A program made the position numbers and the translations under genes. DNA of 64,000 nt, from NCBI GenBank assembly GCA_964016885.1, contig OZ024746.1, positions 63,922,001 through 63,986,000 on the forward strand, read 5' to 3'. Below, piece after piece: positions 31,396-43,880 of the stretch; positions within the stretch are counted from its first letter, which is position 1; each line of letters starts with the position of its first letter. The notes under the pieces are model-generated. The model did not search any database. It saw only the letters and a list, made by a program, of their open reading frames with translations, and was not told the origin of the DNA. The stretch comes from Eledone cirrhosa (Eukaryota).

Positions 31396-34079
31396 CGACC
31401 TCATAGTCAGGACGAGACGCACCCGACAGCAGAAGAGGACTATCCTCAGGAGGAAAATATGGAAACTAAAAGACCCCACAGCCAGAAATAAATTTCAAAG
31501 CATATTACTTGATGCTTTCGACAGTAAGGAAGAGCATCTAGAATCGGACAATATAGAGGGACAGTGGAAATTTCTGAAAGCTAACCTGCTGTTGGCGACA
31601 GACGAAGTCTGTGGCTGGAGCAGGCCTGTAGGCAGGAGGAGAGTAACATGGTGGTGGAACAGTAAGGTGGAGGGGTCAATTAAGGCCAAAAAGCAGGCTT
31701 GGAAAGTATGGCGGGATGGGGGAAGTAGAGTAGACTATCAAGTGGCCAGGAGGGAAGCTAGGAGAGAAGTGTACTTAGCAAGAAGGGAAGCTGAGGAAAG
31801 AAAGTTCAAGCATGTTCTACAACGCGATGACCAAAAACGTGAGGTGTTCAGGATTGCCAGGCAATGCGTCAAGGAAAACCGTGATATTGTCGGGGAGAAG
31901 TGTGTACTTAACGATGATGGCATACTTGCCATCACCGACACTGATAAGAAGGTAGCTTGGAAGTGTCACTATGAAAGGCTACTAAATGAGGAGAATAAAT
32001 GGGAGAAAGACAGTCTCCCCCATATCGACCCGATAGAGGGACCAGCAGTGTTAGTCGAGGGGAGTATAATAAGTAAGGCAATCAAGGATATGAAGACTGG
32101 TAAGGCGGCTGGGCCTTCGGAAATAGTTGCTGAGATGCTGAAGGCATCTGGCACGGTGGGACACACCATGGTCACCCGCATAGTTAACCAAGTCGTACAG
32201 AATGGGGTTGTTCCGAAGGACTGGCATAGCAGCATCATCGTTAACTGTTATAAGGGTAAAGGAGACGCCCTAGATAGGAGTAACTATAGAGGCATTAAAT
32301 TAATCGACCAGGTCATGAAGGTCACGGAAAAAGTAATAGCGCAACTAATCAGAGAGAGAATTGATCTAGATGAAATGCAGTTCGGGTTTGTGTCAGGCAA
32401 AAGCACCACAGACGCTCTTTTCATAGTACGACAACTACAGGAGAAGTACCTAGCTAAAGGTAAACCCCTCTACTTAGCTTTTGTCGACCTGGAGAAAGCC
32501 TTCGACAGAGTCCCCCGCTCCATTATCTGGTGGGCTCTTAGAAAACTAGGCGTTGACGAATGGCTTGTGAGGGCTATACAAGCCATGTATAAAGAAACAG
32601 TCAGCAAGGTTAGAATTAACAACGAATATAGTGAAGAGTTTAGCGTAAAAGTTGGCGTCCATCAGGGCTCTGTTCTCAGCCCCCTACTATTTATTATTGC
32701 CCTTCAGGCTATAACAGAGGAGTTCAAGACAGGCTGCCCATGGGAACTCCTATACGCAGACGACCTGACACTCATAGCGGAATCAATGGCCGAGCTAGAG
32801 AAGAAATTCCAAACATGGAAGCACGGCCTAGAGTCAAAAGGACTTAAAATTAACCTGGCTAAGACCAAAGTTCTAGTTTGTAGGAAAGAAAACAAGGCGG
32901 CGGTCCCTTCTGGGAAATGGTCGTGCTCGGTATGTAGGAAAGGCGTAGGTAGAAACTCCATCTTATGTCCTAAATGCAAAGTATGGGTGCATAAAAGATG
33001 TAGTGGGATCACAGGTAAGCTAACTAAGAACATAGACTTTACATGTGGCCGGTGTTCTGGTGCAATAAGTAGCAGCAAGTGCCCACAAAATACTAGCTCT
33101 TTCAATTGCGCAGAGGGTTTTATAGAAATAGTGGACAGCTTCCGTTACCTGGGCGATAAAATCAGCAGTGGGGGAGGGTGCTCTGAAAGTACTGTAGCTA
33201 GAGTCAGAACTGGTTGGAAAAAGTTCAGAGAGCTTATACCACTATTAGCTGCTAAAGGGTTCTCCCTAAAAATGAAAGGCAGGTTGTACGATGCCTGCAT
33301 ACGAACAGCAATGTTGCATGGTAGTGAGACCTGGGCATTGTGTGCAGAGGATATACGCAGACTAGAGAGGAACGAAGCTTGCATGCTCCGCTGGATGTGT
33401 AACAGTAATATACGTGAACGGCAAAGCATAAACGAACTAAGGAAAATATTAGAGATAAGAGGGATCAGATGTTGTTTACTCGAGAGAAGGCTGCGTTGGT
33501 ATGGACACGTGATGCGCATGAAAGTCGATAGCTGTATTACAAAGTGCAGGGCAATAAAGATAGACGGTAGCCACGGAATAGGCAGACCTAGAAAAACATG
33601 GGACGAGCTGATAAACTCCGACCTCACACACTTACACCTCTCCAAGACAATGTCACTGGACCGTGACCTTTGGCGGTACTCAGTAACAGAGAAGACCCGC
33701 CTTGCCAGTAGGCATCTCTAACAAAATACACCCCTCCCGCCGCCACCCCCACCCCATCCACACCACCCCGTTCTATGTAAAGTTATGTTGGTGCCGCGCC
33801 ATCCAGGCCGAAACAAATGAGATCGTGTAGGTGTCACGACAAAAAAACACACAGTCCACGCTGTAATGTGGCCGTGTAGGCAACACGGTAAAAACCTCCC
33901 AGACCCACACTGTAAATGTGGTTGGTGTTAGGAAGGGCATCCAACTGTAGAAAACCTGCCAGACAGTCCTATGCGAGCAAGACAAATCACTCTTGCCTCA
34001 AGTGGGACTACCCCCGTCCAAACCCATGCAAGCGTGGAACACGGACGTTAAACGTTGATGATGATGATGATGATGATGA
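31396..34079 (+). mobile_element. RTE copy C, non-inverted 3' segment (linker, RT with PHD-like finger, 3'UTR, (GAT)n tail)
   Basis: The 709-aa ORF 31592-33721 is uninterrupted and has the RT motifs including YADD. Confidence 0.97.
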
Positions 34080-34156
34080 TATATATATATGATATATATA
34101 TATATATATATATATATGATATATATATATATATATATATGATATATATATATATA

Positions 34157-34193
<37 letters not shown>

Positions 34194-34222
34194 AATTATC
34201 TTGGATAAAGATACAGTTGATT

Positions 34223-34415
34223 ATTGGATTGGCAGTATCGGTAGAGGGTCGGACGCCATGGTTTCCAGCATAGTTACGTCCCTTTACGATCTGAGTTCAA
34301 ATCCCGCCGAGGTTGACTTTGCCTTTCATCCTTACGGGGGTCGATAAAATAAAGTACCAGTAATGCACTGGGTAATTGCTGGCCTTGTGCCTAAAGTAGA
34401 AACAATTATTATTAT
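34223..34415 (+). mobile_element. SINE family 1 copy
   Basis: Head, core and tail are all present. Confidence 0.9.
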
Positions 34416-34554
34416 TGTTTTCTGTCAAGTAATGTAATCTCTTGTTTCCTTCCAACCCAACCATGTCTAATCCATGTATTCCTTTCACAGATTGTCCCTC
34501 ACATCTTTTTCTCCTTCATCTCAAAATTTCCATTTCTCTTTCGCCATGTTCCAA

Positions 34555-35798
34555 CTCCGTGCAGGTTAGTGTCCATCAGGGCTCTGTTTTTAACTCTCTT
34601 CGATTTATCATTCTGCTGGCAATAACGTAGGAGTTTAAGACTGGCTGCCCATGGGAACTTCTGTATGCTGATGACCCAACCCTTATAGCCAAATCTATAG
34701 CTGAACTAGTTGAAATTCCAAACATGGAAGCAAAGCCTAGAATCTAAAGGTCTTAAGGTCAACCTGGCAAAGACTAAAGTCCTAGTAAGTAGAAGGGATA
34801 ACAGGACCCAGATCTCCACTGGGAAATGGCCCTGCTCAGTGTGCAGAATAGGAGTAGGTAGAAATTTCATTCTATGTACCAAATGCAAGCAATGCGTACA
34901 CAAGAGATGTAGTGGAATCTTAGGCAGGCTAACAAAGAATGTAGGTTTTACTTGTGGCAGGTGCACAGGGGCAGTAAGTAGCAAGAACCCTTAGGATACA
35001 ACCACCTTCAAATGCTCAGAGGGCTTGGTTGAAGTGGTAGATAATTTCCGTTACCTGGGTGACCAAATCAGTAATGGGGGAGGGTGTTCTGAAAGCACAG
35101 TAACCAGAGTGAGATCGGATTGGAGAAAATTAAGGGAGCTAATACCGTTACTAACTACAAAAGGTTTTCCCCTCAAAATGAAAGGCAGACTGTATGATGT
35201 ATGTATACGAACAACAATGCAGCAGCAAGACCTGGGCACTGTGCTGAGGACCTGTGAAGATTGGAAAGAAATGAAGCTTCCATGCTTTGCTGGATGTGCA
35301 ATGGCAATATATGTGAATGGCAAAGTATAACTGTACTGCATCAGAAATTAGGCATATGAGGGATCAGTTATTGCTTGCAGGAGAGGAGATTGCGTTGGTA
35401 TGGACATGTGATGCATATGAAGGATGACAGCTGTATAATAAGGTACAGAGCGCTCAGTCAATGGTAGCTGTGGTGTGGGCAGGCCTAGGAAGACTTGGGA
35501 TGAGGTAATAAAAGCTGACCTTGCACAATTACACCTCTCAAAGGCAATGACACAGGACCGCGACCTCTGGTGCTATGCAGTTTTACAGAAGAAAACCAAC
35601 CCACACTGTAAAGAGGGCATGTAAATGACAGGGCAAAAAGCACCCAGCTCACACTGTCAATGTGATTGGTGTTAGGAAGGGCTTCCAGCCATAGAAAAAC
35701 CAGCCCAAGACACTCCTATATGAGTGAGACAGTCACCTGGGACAAACCTGTCTAACCCATGCTAGCGTGGAAGATAGATGTTAATCGATGATGATGAT
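34555..35798 (+). mobile_element. Older, diverged RTE copy D (RT C-terminal half plus 3'UTR)
   Basis: VHQGSV, CPWELLYADD, WPCSVCRIGVG...HKRCSG and FRYLGD, with stops and frameshifts. Confidence 0.9.
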
Positions 35799-36714
35799 AT
35801 ACACACACACACACATACATATCTATCTATCTATATATATATATGTTGAATTGCACTATTTTTATTGCGACTGTATCTCCTTTCCTATCACATGACTATT
35901 ATTTTGTTCTTTTATCTCGGTACCTTCCACACCACCTTGCAGTTCTTACCAGCCAACATTTTCATTATCTGCAAATCACTTTGTGTTCATTTTCGTCCCC
36001 AAGGGTCTAACTGACCCTTTTCCTCATATATTGTTCAGCATATATTCTACAATTACTTCTATGCATATTTGTCCATGCCATGTAATTTCATGTAACTTTA
36101 GTTTTGTAAAACACTCCAAGAACAGTGTTTGACTATCTTGTCAGATACTATGACCCTGGATGGATCAGCAGTACCGTCAGTAGGGGTCGAAACTGTATTT
36201 GTCCATTCAACAGCTGATGAGCATGGAGTTCTTTTTTACCTGTTGCCAATTTTACTTACTGGTTGTCTCTGTGCCTGCCTGTCTGTCTGTCAGTCTCTCT
36301 CTCTGTATATACATATACACATGCACTCATATATTCTCATCACCATTTAATGCCTATTTTCCATGCTTGCATGAGTTAGACATGTATGTCTCTCTATACA
36401 TGTGTCAATAAAAAAAACAAACTAGAAACAATTATTAGATGAGAGTGTGTATGTGTATTTACATGTCTTTCTATACAAATATGTATCAATATTAGATGAG
36501 TGTGTGTATATTTACTTGTCTCCCTATACACATATGTGCCAATATTATCAGACGTGTGCGTGTATAATTACTTGTCTCTATACACGTGTCAATATTGTTA
36601 GACGTGTGTATGTATGTGTATGTGTTTACTTGTCTCTGTATATACGTATGTGCCAATATTGTTATAAGTTGAGTTTGACTTTCACTAATCTTTTCCTTTA
36701 TTTTATTTTTCAAG

Positions 36715-36871
36715 GACATCTAAACTACTTATTGAATCAGTGTTGAAATTAAAAGAGGTTCATTTTGGTCGTAATGAAAGTGCTCAAAGTAACGTTTCCA
36801 GTTCATCAACAGATGCTGAGCAAACAGTACATCCTGATTCTGTAGCTGCTTCAAATGAGCTCTTAATAACA
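36715..36871 (+). CDS. PAIP1: Exon of a PAIP1-like gene (end of the MIF4G-like region)
   Basis: Polypyrimidine-CAAG acceptor and GTATGT donor. It encodes TSKLLIESVLKLKEVHFGRNESAQS...ELLIT, comparable from memory to PAIP1 MLLKLVELRSSNWGR. It splices in phase 0 to the next exon. Confidence 0.72.
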
Positions 36872-36904
36872 GTATGTATGTTTGTTGGTGTTATACAGAA
36901 TTCA

Positions 36905-37130
36905 CTGGGTGATTTTTGTTGTGGGACCTGGGCTACCTACCACTCTACAGGGCGGAGTGGGTGCTTTTGTCATAGGACCAGCACTACCACTTTTACTGGA
37001 TGGAGTGGGTACTATTTGTCATGGGACCAGGACTACCACTTTACAGGATAAACTGGGTGCCTTTTGTTGTAGCACCAGTACTATCATCTTACCAAGTGGA
37101 TTGGGTTGTTTTTGTTGTTGCACCAGTTAT
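36905..37130 (-). repeat. Degenerate ~50-bp minisatellite related to the RTE/SINE 3' sequence
   Basis: Repeated GGGTG(C)TTTTGT...ACCAGCACTACCACTTT units. Confidence 0.6.
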
Positions 37131-37597
37131 TTTGATAATTGAATTATATATTGTGTGTGTAAAATAATAAAGATGTCTTTATGTAAATAAATGTAAATAG
37201 TTTATTTCCAGAGTGGACAATAGCTCTGATAATCATTGATGTAATGATTTTATAATTCAGGAGTAGGCCTGTGGAACTGGGAAAGATCTGGGCTTAAATA
37301 TGACCTTTGAAGAGGTTGGTGTAACTAGGGCTCATCTTAGTAACCCATCACTATTCTGGTATTTGATAGAATTCACTGGAAGAGGAGAAATAGTTGAGGG
37401 TAAAGACAACCTTGCTGTTGGACATATTGAATTGTTTTATAGTCATTCAACCTGACCTGTGGCCAGATAAATTTTAACGAAAAAACATGTTATTAACTCT
37501 TTCAGTAACATATTTCTAATAAAAGACACTGCCTATGATTTCAAATAATTTTGAAAATAATCAAGAATTTGGAAGATTTAGTAATATAACTTCCTAT

Positions 37598-37935
37598 TCA
37601 AGCAGCCAAAATGGGGTTCCTCTGAAGGGTCTTTGGAGTGATGTTACCCAATAGAGTGCATAGCTCGAAGATTAGAGAGTCACTCCAGGTAGAGCCACCG
37701 CTACTTCTCTGAATTGAGAGATCACAGCTCCGATACTATGGGATGTAGTTAAGAATCACTGGACAGATGTTATGGGCAAAACCAACTGGCACGAGACACA
37801 AGAGTAGACCCCAAGCAAGATGGTTGGATAACATCTATGTGCTTGGCTGGACTCGCTTGGGGACCCAGCTGGAGATGGTTGCTTCTGACAGTACCCTCTG
37901 GAAGGAGTATTTGAGGACTCTTCCCCCACGACCCT
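37598..37935 (+). mobile_element. Rex3/Expander-like RTE 3' fragment, inserted in a MITE-like repeat
   Basis: QAAKMGFL*RVFGV...KIRESLQVEPPLLL*IERSQLR...WLDNI...LPPRP. The flanks 37493-37597 and 37970-38055 match 43990-44190 on the opposite strand. Confidence 0.75.
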
Positions 37936-38052
37936 TTCAGAAATAAATAGAAGAAAAAGAACCTTCTACTCATTTAGCTGGTATTTGGAGCGTAACTTAA
38001 AAGTTCTTAAGATAAAATTATAATTGAAGGTTTTTAGATGACTATAAACACT

Positions 38053-38180
38053 TTAACCCTTTAGCATTTACATTACTCTCTATATACTATATTATTTACT
38101 ATTGTATTTTCACAGTAAAGGCTTTATCTCACATTTTGAACCAAAGATGGTTTCAGGCAGTTTGGTATGAAAAGGGTTAA
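38053..38180. mobile_element. TTAA-flanked MITE-like element
   Basis: TTAA-CCCTTT...AAAGGG-TTAA. The left part matches 45402-45470. Confidence 0.55.
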
Positions 38181-38880
38181 TGGATAAGATATTGTTGGTG
38201 TGTATACAGTGTATAGAGATTTTACATCCATGGTGAATAGAGTCACTGAGGTTTCGGGGGGGGGGGGGGGGGGGGGAAGGAAAATTAGTTGAAAAGGTTA
38301 AGGACATGATTAGTATTCTTGATATGTGATTGAAGGGTGGTGATAAGGGGGAGCAGTGACATGAGTTTATGACAGTAGCTGGAAAGGAGTTAAGTGTGAT
38401 AACCACAGGCAAAGATAATTGGGTGATTGCAATGGTGAGCTTGTGCAGCTTAGGAAGCAAATAGATAGTACAGCAAGGTCAGTTCTATTTTATCAACCTG
38501 AAAGGATAAAAATCAAAGTACAAATGTGGTGCAGTAGATTGACAGAATTGTGTTGGATAAAATGACTTACAGTATTCCTTCTGGTTCTTTGCATTATATG
38601 TTCAAATCCTGCTTTGGTCTACTTGGGTGGTAGATTTAATCAGTCACCCAGTTGTACACTACCACCTGGTTATTAGGTACTTTTAGTGGAATTTTGAGAG
38701 TTGAGTACACCTTCCTCCCTCCATCAACCAGTCTTGGAGGTCATGGAAAGAATCATGGACCCTAAAAGATAAAAATAGGTACAAGGTATATTGATAGGTT
38801 AGTGACAGTAGAAGTGAGTGTAAGGGGAAGAGAATAATTTATTTGCTGTATTTTAGTTACACTTGAAGTTTTCTTTTCAG

Positions 38881-39017
38881 AATGAACCAATTTTTTTTAA
38901 CAAAAGAGGTGAACAAATCAGCAGGCAAGAGGCAGGTGTTGATGTTGAAGTTGATATCAGCCAAATTCTAGCTGAAGCTGAGTTAAAAGACATACAAGAC
39001 TTACAAGACTTACAAGA
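38881..39017 (+). CDS. PAIP1: Exon of a PAIP1-like gene
   Basis: TTTTCAG acceptor and GTAAGT donor. It encodes NEPIFFNKRGEQISRQEAG...LQDLQ, comparable to PAIP1 NEPTFY. It ends in phase 2. Confidence 0.75.
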
Positions 39018-39953
39018 GTAAGTTTCTCTTTTATATTATTTTATTGTATTTAATTTGTTTACAAATCCTACCAAGGTCAACTTTGCCTTTCATCCTTCTG
39101 GGGTTGACTAAATAAAGTACCAGTCAACTCCTGGGGTTGATGTAATCAACTTTCCCATCCCCACAAATTGTTGGTCTTGTGCCTAGATTAGAAATTCCTA
39201 TTTCATTCTACTTGTTTTAATCTTTTACTGGTTTCAGTCATTAGACTGACCATGTCTTGAAGGGATTTGATTCAATCATATCAACAAACCCCAGTACTTA
39301 TTTTAGTGATCTCTTTTGGTCGAGCTGCTAAGTTAATGGAACATAAACAAACACAGAAATGGGCTCCCCCGCTCTCGTGCATGCACTCGGATAAACACAC
39401 ATATGCACAATGAGCTTCTGTAGTTTCCATCCACCAAATTTCACTCACAAGAGCAATACCAACAGGATGCTATGGAAAAGTTCTCTAGTTTTCAACAATA
39501 GTGAGAACATGTTTTTCACTCAGTATTGAAATTCAATAGCAAATGTCACCATTATTAATTTAAATATAACTTATCTCAGGCATGGCTTTGTGGTTAAGAA
39601 GTTAGCTTCAGAACCATGTGCTTTTGTGTGTGTTATCATTTCATGACACCTTGAGCAAAAGTATCTTTTACTATAGCCCTAGGCTGACCACTGCTTTTGT
39701 GGGTAAATTTGATACACCCAGTACACTCTGGAGGGTGCGAGAACATGTGTAAGCGAGATGCAGCCCTCTCTTTATCTGAGAGGTCAGTACCCCCAACTAA
39801 GTATTGATGTGGTTTATGACAACCCATCCAACCCTTGCTAGCAGGAAAAAAGGATATTAAATGATGATGATTGTGTGTGTGTGTGTATCCCACTCACATT
39901 GTCTGTCCCATAAACAATGTCATGTAGCGTAGTGTTTCAATTTAATGTTTAGT

Positions 39954-39991
<38 letters not shown>

Positions 39992-40160
39992 AACTCTTGA
40001 TGTAGGGGTACCATATTGACATATTGCATTTCCAGAGCATTTTAAAATCTGGTGGAACCAATTTCCTCTCTAGGTCTGAATACAGAAACATAGTGAAACA
40101 GAGACATAGAGGAAAACAAGTACCAGTCTAAGTACTGGGGTTGATTCTATCAACCTTAAC

Positions 40161-40446
40161 CGGTTCAATTCTCAGACCGGGTGATGTGTTGTTTCCTTGA
40201 GCAAGGCACTTTATTTCACATTGCTCCAGTTTACTCAGCTGTAGAAATGAAATGATAGGGACTGGGGTCCATATCATTCCACTGCAAAGTGGTCGTGGAG
40301 GTGCCACGGCAAAAAAGCACCCAGCACTCACTGTAAATGAGGTTGGTGTTAGGAAGGGCATCCAGCTGTAGAAATCAAGCCAGAATCAGTTCCCGTCCCA
40401 CCCTTGCAAGCAGGAAAAAGCGGACGTAAAATGATGATGATGATGA
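40161..40446 (+). mobile_element. SINE family 2 (CORE-like domain, RTE-type tail), 5'-truncated
   Basis: GTGTTGTTTCCTTGAGCAAGGCACTTTA core and GGTGTTAGGAAGGGCATCC...CGGACGTAAAATGATGATG tail. Confidence 0.88.
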
Positions 40447-40648
40447 TTAACCATTTTAGCATTTGAATCAGCTATATTCGGCCAGCATTCTCTCACCTCT
40501 TTCTTTTCAAACTGGCTGTAACTGGTCACTCATACGTTGAAGTATTGTTTTCAAAATAAATAACATCTCATAGATTTGATATTATGTGAGAAAAAGCCTT
40601 TACCACAAAAATAAAAAAGTATATATAATGTAAATGCTAAAAGGTTAA
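40447..40648. mobile_element. TTAA-flanked MITE-like element
   Basis: TTAA-CCATTTTAGCATTT...AAATGCTAAAAGG-TTAA terminal inverted repeat. Confidence 0.6.
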
Positions 40649-41241
40649 ATGGATGAAAGGCAAAGTTGACCTTAGAGAGCCAGAACGAATACTGCAAAGC
40701 ATTCTATCTGATGTTCTAATGACTCTGCCAATTCACCACTCTTTAGTGGTATATACATTACTTAAAAAATATGGTGTAGGTTGTTGTGAGGAAGGACACC
40801 TGATAAAACATTGATAAAAGTCTCATCCTAACACATGCATGTATGGAAAAAGTAGACATAAAAACTATGATGGTGATGATCAATAGATGATCAATTAAAT
40901 GTGCCAACTATAGTGAAGGTAGTTGATGTACTTGAGTGGATTCTTAGATTATTCTTCTCTAATTTTATTCAATATTCAAATCTTTTCACTTTTAACCTTT
41001 TAACTGTCCCATGGTTCTATGATATAAAACTGTTTTAAAGTGTTTATTTATCTAAAAACCTATCAATTAAATGTAAAAACATCTGTTCCAAACATGAGCT
41101 TAATAATGAGAAAGTTATATTACTAAATCCTTTCAAATTCTTTATTTTCTAAATTATTTGAAAAGCATAGGTAGTGTTTTTCATAAGAAATATCATGATG
41201 AAAAGGTTAACTCTCATTTCAACATTTTCTACTCTTTTCAG

Positions 41242-41314
41242 ACTTCAGGAAAGTCCAATGGATGATGAAATGATGAACTACTATGAGAAATATTTAGAAT
41301 CTTGTGAAAAATAA
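41242..41314 (+). CDS. PAIP1: Terminal coding exon of a PAIP1-like gene
   Basis: TTTTCAG acceptor with compatible phase. It encodes ELQESPMDDEMMNYYEKYLESCEK*, comparable to PAIP1 MDPEIEEAYEKFCLESE. An AT-rich 3'UTR follows, with AATAAA near 42328 and 42358. Confidence 0.75.
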
Positions 41315-42663
41315 TATTTCTTCAAGTGTTTTTTCTTTTTTTTTTTTCTATTTCAAGATACTGTTCTTGTTCCTGACTTTGGTTACTTCTTGAAAGCTAT
41401 TTTTCAAATATAATATTTTACACACAAACAAAACCAATTATGTATTCCTATGGCTCTTTAAGCAATAGGTTATTTGATGCTAACCTTACATCAGTCATAC
41501 TTAAATTATATTCTCACTCTCGAATGACCCCCCAGAAAAAACAAAACAAAACAAAAAAAAACCAAAAAAAAAAAAACCCTAAAAAACAAAACAACACAAA
41601 AATCAAAACCAACAAACAAACAAAACAAAAATACAATGAAATGCTATTATATGACAATTTTTGATTTTTTAATACAACTTTCTATTTAAATTTTGTCGAT
41701 TAACTATTGTGTTTGTGAAAAAAAAAAAAAATCCTCTTTAAAAAGCCAGTGTCATGCAGTTATTTTTGATATCATGTAGTGAACGATTGAACAGCTACAG
41801 TATAATTTGTCATGTTAGTGAGTCCTAAAGTTAGTCTATTTATAACTTTGTAGATTTATTTCCCAATGCTCCACAGGGAGTAAAAGGAACTAAGGAAGAA
41901 GAAGAAAGAGACTGTGGAAATAATTGACAGAAAAACACATGATTCCTTTCCAGAATTGTATTTCAAACAATTCAAACTCGTTCCTCTGTGATATTTATTT
42001 CTAGGTTCTTGTGAGAAGATGATCTCCTCCGCATCTGTATTCTTTCATTTTCTTTCCAATCTGGAATGATAATATTCTATAGAAAGTAAGACTTTCACTT
42101 TTATAGCATTATTCATCTGAAGAATTTTTAGAAAACTTTCTGTACACTCAATGTATTTCTTTCTTATATAACATAACTTGTATAGTGAAATAGGTTTGTA
42201 ACTTAAGAAATAGGAACTTGAGGAAAGCATTTCTCAAACTAATGCAGATCTTTTCTATTTTGTTTTTTCATTTTGGAATCATTCATCTCAAAAGTGTGGC
42301 CATGGTTGTTTATTTGATGTCCAATGGAATAAATCTTTTTTTTTTTTTATTTTCCAAAATAAAATTATATTTTAGACATTTGGCTGTTAAGTTTTTCAAA
42401 TTCTTAATAATGCCTAATTTTTCAATTACAATTTACTAACCAGCCAAAGTTGTTGTCTTCCACAAAACAAAAAAAGAAAGCTAGTCTAACTGTAGTAGGT
42501 TTTGTTAGCAAACGCAATATCATCGCAAGTATTCGTAATAAAACATTTTCCCACCTGTCTCATTCACATAACATCTTTTACTTCTGTGTAGTCACTGTTA
42601 TATTTTTGAGAATTTTCTTTGCAAGATTTTTTTTAACCATTTCATTATCATACTTTCTAATGT

Positions 42664-43010
42664 GAAGGTGCATGGCTTAGTGGTTAGAGCGTCGGGCTTA
42701 CAATCCTGAGGTTGTGAGTTCGGTTTTCAGACCGGGCATTGCGTTGTGTTCTTGAGCAAGACACTTTATTTCACATTGCTCCAGTTCACTCAGCTGTAGA
42801 AATGAGTTGCGACGTCACTAGTTCCAAGCTGTATCAGTCATTGCATTTCCCTTGGACAACATCAGTGGCGTGGAGAGGAGACACTGGTATGTGTGGGCGA
42901 CTGCGGGTCTTCCACAAACAACCTTGCCTGGACTCGTGCTTCGGAAGGGAACTTTCTAGGTACAAATTCCCTGGTTACTTGTGACCGAAGGGGGTCTTTA
43001 TCCTTTTACT
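42664..43010 (+). mobile_element. tRNA-derived SINE with the family 2 head/CORE but a different 3' half
   Basis: TGGCTTAGTGG A-box, GAGTTCG B-box and CTTGAGCAAGACACTTTA core. It diverges from family 2 after GTAGAAATGAG. Confidence 0.85.
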
Positions 43011-43415
43011 TTCTAATGAAAGGCACTGTTTATTATATTCAAATAATTGATGAAAATATTCAAAAATTGTGGATAATTTATTAATATAAACTTTCTCCTT
43101 ATTAAGCTGCAGTAGGGTGATGGGTTGGCAGAATCGGTAGAGCATCAGACAAAATGCTTTGTGGCATTTAGTTCTGAGTTAAAATTCCACCAAGGTTAAC
43201 TTTGCCTTTCATCCTTTCGTGGTTGAGAAAATATAGTAACCAGTCATACACTAGGGTTGATGTAATTGGTAGTTTAACTCTTTTGGTAGCAAAATATCTG
43301 AAGCTGTCCCTAGTTCTATGATACTAAGGTGTTTTGAAAATAAACTATTGGAGTGTTGGGTAGATTTGAAATTCTTAGAAAACCTAGCTGTAACCACAGT
43401 TGATTGCTATAAATA

Positions 43416-43880
43416 ATCATCACCGTTTAACGTCCATTTTTCTACACTGGCACGGGTTAGATGAGTTGTCCTGTTGTGAGAAATGCTAGGTCAGGTGACC
43501 ATATTTTGCTCACAGACCTGATTCTGGCTTAGTTTCTACAGCTAGATGCCCACATTTACAGTGTGGGCTAGGTGCTTTTTGTCATGACTCCTACATGACC
43601 ACATTTACAGTGTGGGCTGAGTGCTTTTTATTGTGACGCCTACACTGCCACTTTACAGTGTGTGCTGGGTGCATTGACCACTTTACAGTGTATACTGGGT
43701 GCTTTTTGTCGTGACACCTACATGACCACTTTACAGTGTGTGCTGGGCACTTTTTGTTGACACCTACACGACCACTTTACAGTGAATACTGGGTTATTTT
43801 TACACAACCACTTTACAGTGTGTACTGGGTACTTTTTGTTGTGACACATACACAACCACTTTACAGTGTGGGCTGGGTTA
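43416..43880 (-). repeat. RTE/SINE 3' tail with tandem amplification of a ~47-bp unit
   Basis: About 8 copies of CCACTTTACAGTGTG.GCTGGGTG(C)TTTTT...ACCTACAC, which also occurs in the RTE 3'UTR. Confidence 0.75.

Noticed and set aside
36188-36230. GAAAC...CTGATGA as a type II hammerhead
   Set aside because: Stems I and II do not pair convincingly.
42664-42740. tRNA-like sequence (also 61902-61975 and the SINE 1 heads)
   Set aside because: These are SINE heads that continue into SINE cores, not standalone tRNA genes.
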